Below, in pieces: positions 37,206 to 49,757 of a stretch of 64,000 nt of DNA. Every line of letters begins with the position of its first letter. Within the stretch, counting starts at the first letter, position 1. The notes under the pieces were generated by a model that was not told where the DNA came from, searched no databases, and saw nothing but the letters and a program-made list of their open reading frames with translations. The translations under genes and the position numbers were made by a program. This DNA comes from Chiloscyllium plagiosum. Its lineage: Eukaryota. The stretch spans positions 28,337,772 to 28,401,771 of the forward strand of contig NC_057720.1 in the NCBI RefSeq assembly GCF_004010195.1, read 5' to 3'.

Positions 37206-38404
37206 AGTGATTCTGTTATGCATGGTGTAAAGAAGAAATCTTCCTTATATGTGTAATATTCCAGGTACAAAATGAAAATGAATTGAACAATTTTGTTTTT
37301 GTAAATCCATAAAAAGCAGGAACAGGAGTGGGCCATTTGGCAATATTTTCTTTTATCTATGGTATAAACAAAATACATTGTGAACATGATATGCTGTTGC
37401 ACATATGACAGTAACCATTGTGCAGCTGTGAGAGGCAGGAACTCAATGTACAATTAACTGTTTCATATTTAAAAGTCAATATATTTTGCTCTCACTGTGA
37501 TCAATAATTATAATCCATAAAATAAATTTTAACTGATAAATATCACTTTCTTTTAACTCCTACTTGGGATAGCTAAACGTAGTTTATAAGATAAATATAA
37601 TGCTTTCATCTGTAGTGAGTTGGTGCTACATGCAAGTATCTTGTTTATGAAATGATATATCCAAATGATTTATGAAATAGCTTTTCCGCTGGCTATTGTG
37701 GTGTGATAGTTATGTTATGAACTATTATTTCAAGGGTATAGATCAATAATCTAATCATGAGTTCAAATCCTACCAGAGCAGTTTAAGAATTTGAAATCAG
37801 TCTTTTGAAAGATCTGCAAGTTAAACACTAGTGTAAGTAGACGTTGCTGCAACATTTTAAAACTCCACTGCTTCACTAATTTTAGTCTGTCAATATAGAC
37901 ACTCTAAATGAGAAATTTTAAATATGCAGATCTAAGCATTTCACATTGAAGGATTAAAATTATATATTTACCAATGTATTCTTCTCCAGAATGATTCTGA
38001 TATAGTTCTCAATCCAATTGTTCTAAAGGAATTACTTCCATGATTCTGTATCCCAAGACAGATGAACAACAAGAGATATGAAATTGGGAGTAAGAGTCCA
38101 GTGTCAAGATTGCAGATCCTTGCAGCCCTATTATTAATGAACTGAAGTACTGGTGTTCATTTCCAACGAAAACTTCTATAAGATCCCAGAAAATTAATTA
38201 AGTGAACATGATTTCTTTGTTTGCTTTATGTGTCCAGTTTGAGTTGGTATAATGGAAACTCCATGAGTAAAACAGCACTAAAGTTTTTTTTGAAAAGGTT
38301 GTTTTGTAGAATATAAATTATGTTTATTGGTTATGCTAATGTGAAGTTCTTTTTTAATCCATTGCTTCTGAAACTTTCATGAACAAAGATCTTGCCAAAA
38401 GGAG

Positions 38405-38603
38405 ATCTGAAACAAACATAATAAACACTAGAGGAATTCAGGTATGGCAGCATCTGTGGAGAGAGAAACAAAGTTAACATTTTAAGTCTGGTATGATCTT
38501 TCTTCAGAACCTCAATTCAAAACTCAAAACATTAACTCTGTTTCTCTTTCCACAGATGCCAGATATGCTAAATTCCTCCAGGAGTCTCTGTCTTTGTTTT
38601 AGA
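38405..38603. mobile_element. Decayed fold-back PLE-terminal element (family C)
   Basis: gcatctgtggagagagaaacaaagttaa...ttaactctgtttctctttccacagatgc inverted arms. Confidence 0.65.
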
Positions 38604-40629
38604 ATTTGAAATTTTTCATCTTACTGTCATTAGGGTTAGGACGCAAGAAATGGACTTGAGGGAAAAAAACAATTTATGTAGCATGAGTATAGGAAGCAGT
38701 TTGGTTAGCTGATCATTGACATGGAAATCTTGCAGGCACAGTTAACTATCAATCTTAGTTCTTAGGCATAGCATGGAGACAGCAGAAAATGGCAATCTCC
38801 ATAACCACTCCCATGTTGAAGCAGTCTCACCCTTACTTTTCATTACAGCCTGCTGCACCTGACAAGCTGCATCAGAGGTCAGACTTCTGAAGTCCATGCA
38901 CAGCAACGACTTCCAAGATGAAGTCACTTTTGGGAATAGCGTTGGCACACACATGTGTGGATACTTGGAGTGGCTGCGTAACTCCATAGTTTGGAGCAGA
39001 TGTTGTTTAAAAATCAATCCAGCACCCTTATTTGGATACGGAACCTGTCTCCATGATCATTGAGCAAGCATCCCGTCCCCTCCTCTCCCCTCTCCCATGC
39101 AAATAAGGACCAAAGTCAGAACCAATTTCCTGGAAGGAAAGTCCAGAACCAACTTTTAGTGCTAAATTATGCATAATCTTAAAATGGACAAAGTTAGAGT
39201 TGTATGCGTATGTGGTTCAAAACTTGCTTGGCCTGAAGATTGATCATTTATAATTTAAAATTGAAGTTGAAATGCTTAGAAATTCATTCATAAATTTAAA
39301 ATTCACATATTTCTGCTTTATTTGCATTTGCTGAACTACTGAACAACCCATTGTGAATGCCAATTCCAATGCAAAACTTGATGCTAAGCAAAACGAGGTC
39401 ATAAACTGGATCTATATGTAAATTTTTAATAAAATGTATTTTCGAAAGTTGGAGTGACTGAACAGTATAAGTCGAACAGTTTATTAATTTGGTATTGTAT
39501 CTAGGGTCTGAGTTGAATTTGGATAGATAACCAGGTATTTACTGAGAGTACATTCATATCTCAAACTCAAAGCAAATGTAATTTCACATTGGAAAAAGAA
39601 GGAACAAAAAATCCTAAAATCTGTCTGAAGTTTTGAAAATGGCCTTACATTAAGAAACAGGACATTAGGAATTTAATTAAAACATCAGTTTACTTCTCTT
39701 AGCATACTGTGTGTAATGTGCAGTATTCACAGGATACTTTTTCAGGAGCCTTTAGATGTCGACACCTTCCATTAAAAGTTTCTATTAGCCTGCCTAATGT
39801 TTTCGAAATGCATCTGATTAATTTGACAGGAAGCACTCATTCCCTATCTCTGAAAAACTAGATCTGCTGTTCTATTTAAAATGCAGTTCTTTAACAAAAC
39901 GCATTCTGCTGATCTGAGTAAATGCATTGCCCTCCATGTCCCCCAGTTACCACGAAAGTTTGTTTTTGCGCTGGAAACCTATGAAACACTAAGCAGACGG
40001 GATTGGGTTACCCAGTAAAGTGTACACAATGTAAAACAAAACAGACTGATTTTATGATACTTGCAGCCCTCTCTGACAATAGAACAAATGCATTTTTGAA
40101 GCAAAACATTTCTTTCTTAACATAGGTTAATTGAATGGACAGACAAGTGGCATTTGAAATTTAATTCAGAGAAGTTGAGGTGATTTATTTTTAGTAGGAA
40201 GAATATAGAGAGAGACAATAAGAAATAAAAGTTGCAATTCTAAAGGTGCAGGAGCTGAGGGACATAGGTGAATACATGCATAAATCACTGACAGTATCAG
40301 GACGGATTGAGAGTGTGATTAATAATGCGTGCATCTTCCTGGGCTTTATCAAAAGATTGGAGCACAGAGGCTGAGATTAGCTATGTTCGTATTAAATGGT
40401 GAAAAGAAGATCATTTATTTGTATTAGGTTTGGAGTTTGGATTTCAAACTAGTGGCCTGTGGTTGTTGGTTACTTTTGTAAAGGGCTTTCTTTAAAAAGT
40501 AAGATCAGAGAGTCCTTCCAAAAGAGAGATCTAATTGAGTATTTGTCAGAGAACAGATGACTGTAAACTCTAGTGAAGTTAATGGAAAGCTATTTATAAA
40601 GTGTAGCGTTTACAACAGATAGAGTAAAC

Positions 40630-40955
40630 AGAGTCATAGAGGTGTACAGCTCGGAAACTGACCCTTCGGTCAAACTCATCCATGTTGACCATATATCCTA
40701 AATTAATCTAATCCTATTTGCCAGCACTTGGCCCATATCCCTCTAAATCCTTCTTATTCATACACCCAGCCAGGTGCCTTTTAAATATCGTAATTGTACC
40801 AGCGTCCACCACTTCCTCTGACAGCTCGTTCCATACACGCTTTGCAGTCTGCGTGAAAAAGTCACCTCGTAGGTCCCTGTTAAATCTTTCCCCTCTCACC
40901 GTAAACCAATGCCCTCTACTTCCCCAGTGGACTCCCCCATCCCAGGGAAACTACC
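40630..40955 (-). mobile_element. CR1/HER1 3' fragment
   Basis: ORF 40714-40899 'RGERFNRDLRGDFFTQTAKRVWNELSEEVV'. Confidence 0.9.
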
Positions 40956-42231
40956 TTGTCGAGCTTGTCACGGAGAACATGGAATAAGCAAGATGTTTTT
41001 AATTCAATTCAGAAGATGCCAATGTTGAATTTAGAAAGCATGTTAGTCTCTTTCTGAGAAGAAGGATTCAGGACAGTTCAGGAAATAGGTTACATTAACA
41101 AGTGGGCAGTTTTTGATATTTCTAACCAGGAGAGTTTGGTTAGAAATATGAAAATTATTGGAACAGAAAAAGTTTAGCTTCTCAAATTTATGAGTAGCTC
41201 ACGACAACAGATTTGGAATGAAGTAATTGAATTGTCTTCGCAATAAAAGACAAGAAAACTGTTAGGAGTCAATTAAATAGAACCCTAAAGAGCTGAGAAA
41301 AGGAATGTGATTGCTCCTGAGTTGAGTTTATGTCATAGAAACTATCAAGAAATAGGTTGAAACTTTATTTTGTTGTATTTTGGGATTATTCTAATTTGTA
41401 AATATTTGAATATGTTGCTTTTCAAGTGATTTGGTTTGTTTCATAACCTTCTGTTCTGTTGTTAAAGAAAATAAGCAGTCTTGTAAGAATATATTTCAGA
41501 GAGTAACAAGGAAACATATGATCTATCAAACCAGATTTCATTCTGGGATCTGATTTGTCTCATAGTACCATCAGCTGCGATCTTAATAGTACAAAAGCAA
41601 GGACATTATGTGAAATCTGTGTCCAATACTTGTTCAGCTGCAGCAGAAGTATTGCATCCAGTTCTGGGCACTATAATCTCGGAAGAACATGTAGATGTTT
41701 CAGAAGGTATGGAAAGGATTCATGAGAATGGTTCCACGGATAAAGAATAGATTGGAGACATAGAGAAGGTTGAGGGAAATGTCAAGAATGTGAAGGACTG
41801 CACAAAGTAAATGGCGAGAAACTGTTTGGAAGAATAGAGAACTAGAGTGCACAGATTTAAAGTAATTGGAACAAGGACCAATGACAGCAAGAGGAGAAAC
41901 TTATTTACAGACAGTCTTTAGGATCTGGAATGTAATGTCTGAGAACGTGCTGGATGTGAAGGTCTGCGTCCCCTCAAGAGGGGCCTCTTGGTTCGAGATC
42001 AGTCAAAGGAATCGACAAATGCGGTCTATTCAAAAAGCAATGTTCATTAGTTTATTGAATTAAGGTACCTTGACACAATTCTATCCAGCAACACAGAGAT
42101 TGAAACTTCCGTGTTTCGGGGTGAAGTTGCACAATCACATTTGAAAATTACACATTATTTATATGTTTTTTAAGAAATAGTACAGCCTTAATTACAAGAA
42201 AGACCAATCACATATAATAAGGTGACATGAT

Positions 42232-42426
42232 TTCTTTCTCCCCACCCCCACCCTCCTCTAGCTTATCTCTCCATGCTTCAGGCTCACTGCCTTTATTCCT
42301 GATGAAGGGCTTTTGCCCGAAACGTCGATTTCGAAGCTCCTTGGATGCTGCCTGAACTGCTGTGCTCTTCCAGCACCACTAATCCAGAATCTGGATTCCA
42401 GTATCTGCAGTCATTGTTTTTACCTC
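42232..42426 (+). mobile_element. PLE-terminal insert (family A) with an intact hammerhead
   Basis: C-rich 5' part, hammerhead core, and end 'ccagtatctgcagtcattgtttttacctc'. Confidence 0.85.
42295..42330 (+). ncRNA. Minimal type I hammerhead ribozyme motif (family A)
   Basis: AUUC CUGAUGA A GGGC-UUUU-GCCC GAAACGUC GAUU: intact core, GUC cleavage triplet, palindromic ACGU. Confidence 0.82.
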
Positions 42427-42908
42427 TGATTTTCAGCAAGTTAATCCAATTATATTTTCTTTAAGAAGGATATCTAATTTGCGTAAATTGTCATGCCACA
42501 TATTAGTTCAACGTTAGTTCAAACGGTCAGTTAATGTGTCAGTATTCATTTTATGAAAACTCTATTGTCCTCTTATCTTTGAACTGCAAGTTAACTCTGC
42601 AAATCAGCAGTATGTCCAGCGGTATGATTCACAGGCTATTTTGTAGTATTCTTTTAAATCAAGAAACCATTTTGTTGAAATAAAAATCTACATATTTTGT
42701 TGCCTAAATTCCAATTTTAGATCCTCAGATACAGGAGCAATTGAGACTCCCAAAAGGAAATCGTATCATTTGAAAGGGAAAGGTTTGCATGGCGTGAAAG
42801 AAAAGGTTTGAAGGAGTACTGAGTAAATGGCACCTTCAGAGTTCAAGCACAGATACATATGGTGGGCTAAATGGCCTCCAGCACTGTAAAGTTATATCTT
42901 TATACTTA

Positions 42909-43029
42909 GGTGAAAGTGAGTACTGCAGATGCTGGAGACTAGAGTCAAGAGTGTGGTGCTGGAGAAGCACAGCAGGTCATGCAGCATCCAAAAAGCAGGA
43001 ACATCGACGTTTCAGGCAAAAACCCTCCA
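42909..43029 (-). mobile_element. Short PLE-terminal insert (family A)
   Basis: 9-bp TSD ttatactta at 42900-42908 and 43030-43038; ends within the decayed hammerhead core. Confidence 0.85.
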
Positions 43030-43851
43030 TTATACTTAAGTCATGCAAACAAGATAAGCCTAGCCTTAATGAATTAGATTCAATGTTTAAGAGGACTTTA
43101 AGCATACTAGTGGACTGAGGTAAAGTAATTAATGTTAGGGAGAGATAAGTGTTTCTATAATTTGAAAGGTTCCACTCTCCTCCAACATTGGGTACGCAAT
43201 GAAGCAGCCCTGACAGTCAGGGCAAGGTTTGAACCTGAATCATTGGCATCATTTCACACTTCACTTTAACCATCTCGCAAACTAAGCCCCATCTAGTGAT
43301 CAGAATGCATGTGCCTTTTTCAGTATTGGACTTGACTTAATTTGATGCTCCCCTTGTTGACCACCATCCTCCATAAACTTCAACTCATCTAAATCTCAGC
43401 TACTACTACAAACCATTGTGAGTCCATACCTAGAGTACTGCATAGAGTTTGATCATCTGTTTTACGATGGATATAATTGCAAAATTCAGTGAAGATTAAT
43501 AGCTGAGGTGAAGAAGCTTTTTTCTTTTAGAAGGTTAAGTCGGTTGGACCTGCCACAATTGCCTTTTTTTATGGAAAGATTGGTGAGAATCTAGAACTCA
43601 CTACCACAGTGAATGGTTGAAATGAATAGTATAGTTGCATTTATGGGAAAGCTAGACAAGTATATGGGAGAGAAGAAAATAAAGGATTACAATGATGGAT
43701 TTGGATGAAGAAAGACGGGAAAAGGCTTACGTGGAGTATAATTACCGCCACGGACTGGTTAAACTGAACAGCTCATTTTTGTGCTTGAGAGGAGATAGGG
43801 ACATAATGGTAGTGTAGCTGCAATATTAATCCTAAAGCCCAGGCTAATGCT

Positions 43852-45110
43852 TTTTTAAAAATTCATTGGTGGACCATGGTGTTGCTGGCTGGCCAGCCAT
43901 TTATTGCCTGTCCCTAGTGCCCTTGAGAAGGTGGTGGTGAGCTGCCTTGAATCGGCGCAGTCTACGTGCTGTTGGTTGACCCACAATCCCCTTAGTGAGG
44001 GAATAACAATATATTTCCAAGTCAGAATGGAAAGTGACTTGGAGAAAAACTTGGGGACTGTGATGCTTCTATTTTTGTGCTGCTGCTACTGAGCATTGAT
44101 AGCGAAGGAAGTAACTGCTTGTGGATGTGGTGCCAGTAAAGTGGGCTGCTTTGTCCTGGATGGTGTCAAACTTCTTGTTGAAGTATTGTTAAAGTTTTAC
44201 CTGTCAGGCAAATGGGGAGTATTCCATCACACTCCTGACTTGTGCCTTGGTGGACAGGCTCTGGCAAGTCGGGAGGTGAGTTACTCACTGCAGTATCCCC
44301 AAGTCTCTGACATGCATTTTTTAGCCACTTTGTTTGTGCAGTGTCTCCAGTTGAGTTTCTGGTCAATGGTAAACCCTAGGATGTTATTAAGGGGGGATTA
44401 AGTAATGGTAATGCCGTTGAATGTCGGTTGGTGTTAGATTGTCTCCATTAGAGATGGTCATTGCTAAAATATTACTTGTTATTTGTCAGCCCAAACCTGG
44501 ATATTGTCCAGATCTTGTTGCATTTGAACATCAATTGCTTCAATATTTGAGAAGTCGCGAATGGTGCTGAATATTGTGCAATCATGCAAACATCCCCACT
44601 TCTAGCCTAATGATGGAGTGAAGGTCATTGATAAAGCAGCTGAAAATGTTTGGAATAAGGATGCCACATTGAGGAACTCCTGCAGAGATGACTGACCTCC
44701 AACAACTATAGTCGTCTTTTTGTGTGCCATGTATGACTCCAACCACTGGAGACTTTGCCCCGGTTCCCATTGATTCCAGTTTTGCTAGGGCTCCTTGATG
44801 CCACACTCAGTGGAACATGGCTTGATATCAAGGGCTAACACTCTCACCTTGCCTCAGGAATTCAGCACTTTTGTCTGTCTTTGAAGCAAGGTTACAGTGA
44901 AATCAAGACCTGAATGGTCATGGCAAAATCCAAACTGGTTATTATTGAGCAGGTTATTGCTGAACAGGTGCTGCTTGATAGCACTGTTGTTGACACCTTC
45001 CAACACTTTATTATGATTGAGACTAGACTGATGGGGCAGTAGTTGGCTGGGTTAGATTTATCTTACATGTTTGGATGTAGGTTAATGTAACAACTGTACT
45101 GGAACAGGTT
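43852..45110 (-). mobile_element. CR1-group LINE 3' half (same family as 11790-15738)
   Basis: ORF 44582-44806 'WHQGALAKLESMG...GVPQCGILIPNIFSCFINDLHSIIRLEVGMFA'; poly-A tail at 43852. Confidence 0.85.
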
Positions 45111-45129
45111 GATTAGGGGTGGCAAGCTC

Positions 45130-45390
45130 TGGAGGGCTCAAATCCCAACATGGCAGCTGATAAAGCTCAAATTCAATTAATAAATATAAACTTGAAAACC
45201 AGTCTAGGTAATGTTGAGCATGAAACCATTGTCAGTTGTTGTTAAGAAAAAACCCATCCGGTTCACTAATGTCTTTAAAGGAAGGAAATTCTGAATTCTT
45301 ACCTTATCTGGAGGCCAGATCCAGAGCGATGTCGTTGATTCTCCGAAATGGTCTCGCAGACCATTGAGTTCTAGAGCATTTAGAAGTACA
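45130..45390 (+). mobile_element. Head of the tRNA-headed SINE/LINE family
   Basis: 'gggctcaaatcccaacatggcagctg...ggttcactaatgtctttaaaggaaggaaa'. Confidence 0.65.
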
Positions 45391-45409
45391 AGAGGTGATC
45401 TTATTGAAG

Positions 45410-46930
45410 CATTTGATTTGATTTATTGTCACATGTACCTAAGTGCAGTGAAGAGCTTCGTTTACAAGTAGTACAAGCAGATCATAGTAAGCAAGGACAT
45501 ACAGATCATAGTGTGAGAAAAATCTTTGAAAGAGGCATATGGGTTACATCGCACAGATTGTGCACTTGGCAAAATCAACTCTCTCTTACATGCCTTCAAC
45601 TTCATAACACTTCCTTCCTTCCTTCCTTTTCCTTCCATCCATCTTTTCCTTCCTTCCTTGTTTCCTTTTTTATTTCCTTCCTTTCCTTCCTTCTGTTTTT
45701 CCTTCCTTTGTACTTTTCCTTCCTTTTTTTCCTTCTTTTCCTTCCATTCTTCTTTTCTTCCCTTCCTCTCCTTCCTTCCTTTCCCTTTGCTTTCTTTCAT
45801 AAGTCAATGATCAGTTCTTTAGTTTTCTCGATGAACCACTTCACCAAGTCTTTCTGTATTCTGACTCATCATTGTTAGATATCCATCTTACCACAGTGAT
45901 GTCAGCAAACTTGTAGATGGCGCTTGGTTCAGGATTTGGAACACAGTCATGAGCATACGGGGGTACAGTAGGGGGCTAAGGATGCATCCTTGGGGGGCTC
46001 GTGTGTTGAGTGTTGTTATGGAGGAGTTGCATTTGTCTATCTTCACTGATTGTGGTCTGTGGGTCAGGAAGCTGAGGATCCAGTTGCAGAGGGCAGAGCC
46101 AAGACATAGTCTCAGAGTTTTGAGATCAGTCCAGAGGTGATAATGGGGTTGCAGACAAAGCTGTAGTCAGTGAGCAGGAGTCTGACGTCGGTGTCCTTGT
46201 TGGCCAGATGTTCCAGGGATGAGTGCAGGGCTTGGGGAATGGCATCCGCTGTGGATCTGATATGTCAGTCGGCAAATTGTATTGGATCGAAGCAAACTGG
46301 GAGACTGGAGTTGATGTGGGCCATGATCAGCCTCTCAAAGCACTTTGTGATTACCCTATATTGAGGTCAGAGCCAGTGGACAGTAGTCATTAGGCACGTT
46401 GTATATGCTTTCTTAGGTACTGGGATGATGGTGATCTTCTTGAAGCATGTGAGTACTTCAGCTTGTAGGAGAGTTGAAGTTGAAGATGTCAGTGAATATC
46501 TCCACCAGTTGGTCCGCACCGGATCTAAGTGCTCGTCTGGGGACTCCATCCCCACACTCACAGGAAGACCAATCTGACATCTACAGCATTGATAGTGGGC
46601 ACAGGCACATCCGGGGCTGTTGGGTCACTGGAATCTGCTTGATCCGAGCATAAAAAGCATTGAGCACATCAGGGAGGGATGTGTCTTTGTCTGTTATCTT
46701 TTTCTGCTTCATTTTGTATCCTGTAATGTTGTTTACACCTTGCCCTAGGCAGCAGCAGTCTGTTTGGTTGGTTTGGGCCTCTAACTTGGTCTAGTTTTGC
46801 CTCTTGGCATCCCTGATGGCTTTGTGGATGTCACATCTGGATCTCCTGTATAGGTCTGGGTAGTCCGACTTGAATGTCTTCAATAGGGAATGGATTTCCT
46901 AGTTCATCCAAGGTTTCCGGTTGGCTAACA
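45410..46930 (-). mobile_element. Rex1/Babar-like LINE remnant
   Basis: 'LLQAEVLTCFKKITIIPVPKK' RT motif; PQGC-type and KFAD motifs on the minus strand; 3' tail with aataaatcaaatc, a second copy of which lies at ~50910-51100 (+). Confidence 0.7.
45608..45800. repeat. Polypyrimidine low-complexity tract, (CTTT/CCTT)n-like
   Basis: ~190 bp almost entirely C/T. Confidence 0.95.
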
Positions 46931-49019
46931 CTCATTTGACATATGAGATTCTGAGTGGGTTGAGAGAGTAAATGCTGAGAGGATATTTCCCTCCTCGGAG
47001 AATCCACAACTAGCAAGCGTTGTTTCACAATAAGGAGATGTCCACTACAACAGATGAGAAGGAATTTATTTTCTGAGAGTTGTAGATCTTGGAATTCTGT
47101 TCCAGTGAGCTGTGGAGGCAGGAAAAAAACAATTATTCAACTGTAGGTGAATCAAATGTTATGAGGAACAGGCAGAAGAGTGGAGTTGAGGTCAATGCCA
47201 GAACAACCATAATAGCAATCAATTTTGAAGCAGGCTCAAGCGCCATACAACCTTTTGGCTTCTACCTCTGCTTACTGCATGATTGCTTATGCAGTAGCCT
47301 ATGATCTGTGACTGCTCTCCTTGCTAATCCTATTTGGTTCCTTTTTCAAAATTAAATTAATTTTAAAAGTTAAATTCATTGAAAAAAAGAAGATTGCAAA
47401 CATGAAAGAATTTATAGACAAGATCATGCCTATGTTCGTATTCAGTCCTTGTTTCTATATTCTTTCAAATTTGCTATCTACTGTAGTAATCTATCCCCTT
47501 CGAAATGCTTCATTTCTGTGCATCCTTTCTCTACACAACCCCACCTGACCATAACCCGTCTCTGCCCACCCCTCCGACCACAGACAACCACTCTAATATT
47601 ACTGGTGAAAATCATAGAAACTTTGGTCCTTTTGTCTGGAACTCTGAACATAAATCTCTAACACTCCCTGCCTTTTTAAATATATAAAAAAATTAACAAA
47701 TGTCTTCATGCTAATTTGAATCAGAGTCTACACATTTCAACAGAAATATTGGTTCTAAAATTTCCAGAATATTATGCCTGATTTCTTCCAGAGGAGCTCT
47801 GAATATGGGCCAAATTCCCAGCCTGCTGAGTTCAGCCATCTTTAGAAGAAATGGGGGAACATGTGTCACTGTTCTGTATACCTGTCAAGGTAGTATGTCA
47901 GTGAAATCACAGGCTTTCCTGGGGAATTTCTCCCTCAAAGGTTGTCAACAGAAGCTATGCCCTTTTGTGACCTGGCACGAGACACTTTTGAACTCTTTTG
48001 ACAACTTCAAACCTTTTTTAGAAAATGATAATCCTACAGATAACATTTTGAAGTTAATGTAGCTCTAGCAAAAGCCAAAAGCTCAAAAAAACATTCTTTG
48101 ATGTTAGAGGTTCAAAGGTATTGCAAGTGGAGTAGGAGATCCAGTATACTACCCAAAAAGAGTGCAGCTTAGATGAAGACAGCTGTCAGTAATTCATTTT
48201 GCAAGTTTCTGATATCTGACCTACAAATTATCTTTCCCCTAATATTTGTGTTGAAATCTCTAGCTTAAGGCATTGCTGGTTGAAGATTTTACTATACTGC
48301 AGTGATCTTGAAGACAGGGGGTTAGGGATTTCCATACTGTTATAATTAATTGGTGACAATGAAGCTAAAGTTTTAAAATAATTTATATTTAAGGCAATGG
48401 CTTTGTCCTTTGAATAACCTGTTGTAATCTGCTACATAGATTACTACTTCATTTGCAAAGAAATTTTGTACAGATAGTGCTGCATATAGGGAAGGGTTGA
48501 GTAGTTTCATACATTCACATAACTTGGGATATGCAGCTGTAAAATATAATACTGATAATCCTGTCACATAACTGAATATCATATGACAGAAGAGGGAGGT
48601 GTTCCTTAATTCAGTGAGCAACAGTTGCACTAGAAGGTTGTGGGTTTAAACCTAACCTGGGAGACTAGATTTATCTCCCAGTATTAATTTTTAGAGTTTG
48701 ATGGCCGAAATGTTTGGCGGAAGCTAAGCTTTGCTTCCAGTTTTCCTGAGAACAGGGACAACATTAAAAAGTAAATGTTGTTGCAGGAAGAAAATGCTCA
48801 AACAACAGAATAATTTAAGTCTTGATTTGAGTTGGAAATAAAAGTTGCTGTAAAACGAAGCAGCTCTTTAGTAGAATATAAATGGTATTATATTGGGCTG
48901 AATCTTCTTTTTTTTTTAAACTAAGTTTAAGTTGCCTCAAGTTTTTTGAAGAATTTGTCACTGCAAGGCTTAGCAAGTTCTCTCCCCATATTTTACCAAC
49001 TCATTTTGTTAATTACCTG

Positions 49020-49166
49020 CCACGCTCCTATGACATCTATCTCCCCTTGTCCGATATCCACCAATGCCAGCTCGTCTGCACTTGCCACCAGGGTAAAGCT
49101 GTCTGGAGGAATGCCCATCACTGTAGGAAGAAGGTCCATGTCCTTCTCCAGTCAACCATAGTAAGT
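49020..49166 (+). mobile_element. Possible PIF/Harbinger Myb/SANT-like exon remnant
   Basis: 'YDIYLP...VWRNAHHCRKKVHVLLQSTI' followed by gtaagt resembles the MSANTD-type 'RxxxQCRKKxNDL' helix. Confidence 0.35.
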
Positions 49167-49581
49167 GTCACCATCTACTGTGCATTATCTCAAACTCACT
49201 CCATCTCTGCTGCTGAACCCACCTCCCTCCAAGGCTCATACTCTACCACTCTCACAATTGCTGACTACTACCTATCCAGCCACTGTCACCCACCTAACCC
49301 TGATGTCACTAACTGTTTAAGCTCTTTGTGCTGCCTACTCACTTGCTGGGGAAACCTACCCAACTGCATAAACAGTAATTGCTGTGCACTCCTGCTTATC
49401 TCTTATTTAATAAGGAAACAGCCTACATTGGGGGAAAAAAAGTCACAATGTCTGTCCCTTACTTTAAATCTCAGCTCCTGGACATTGATCCCTGCACCAA
49501 GAAGAAAAGTTTCATTCTGTCCACTCAGTCTATGCCTCTCATAATTTTATATATCTCGGTCATCTCTCCTAACGGAATGAT

Positions 49582-49757
49582 CTTGTGAAACTTGAAAGGG
49601 TTCAGAAAAGATTTACAAGGATGTTGCCAGGGTTGGAGGGTTTTAGCTATAGGGAAAGGCTGAACAGGCTGGGACTATTTTTCCTGGAGTGTATGAGACT
49701 GTAGGGTGACCTTATAAAAGTTTATAAAATCATGAAGGGCATGGATAGGATTAATAG
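49582..49757 (+). mobile_element. CR1/HER1 fragment
   Basis: 'ttgtgaaacttgaaagggttcagaaaagatttacaaggatgttgccagg'. Confidence 0.88.

Larger units (their letters stand above)
41957..42727 (-). mobile_element. Probable solo LTR
   Basis: TG...CA ends with imperfect terminal inverted repeat (tgaaggtct/agatcctca), near-TSD gatg/gata, minus-strand AATAAA near 42052; interrupts a CR1. Confidence 0.55.
40125..42890 (+). mobile_element. Old CR1 fragment dispersed by several nested insertions (pieces ~40125-40345, 41588-41956, 42728-42890)
   Basis: Colinear CR1 C-terminal pieces: 'gacaagtggcatttgaaatttaattcagagaag', 'gtacaaaagcaaggacattatg', 'ggatctggaatgtaatgtctgagaacgtg' and the tail 'gggctaaatggcctcc'. 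Confidence 0.55.

Noticed and set aside
45426..45878. ORFs of 94-150 aa (F/S/L-rich or K/E/G-rich)
   Set aside because: Artefacts of the polypyrimidine tract
48882..49544. 220-aa ORF as a host gene
   Set aside because: No recognisable domain over its length; it spans heterogeneous decayed repeat sequence, with at most a short Myb/SANT-like fossil inside
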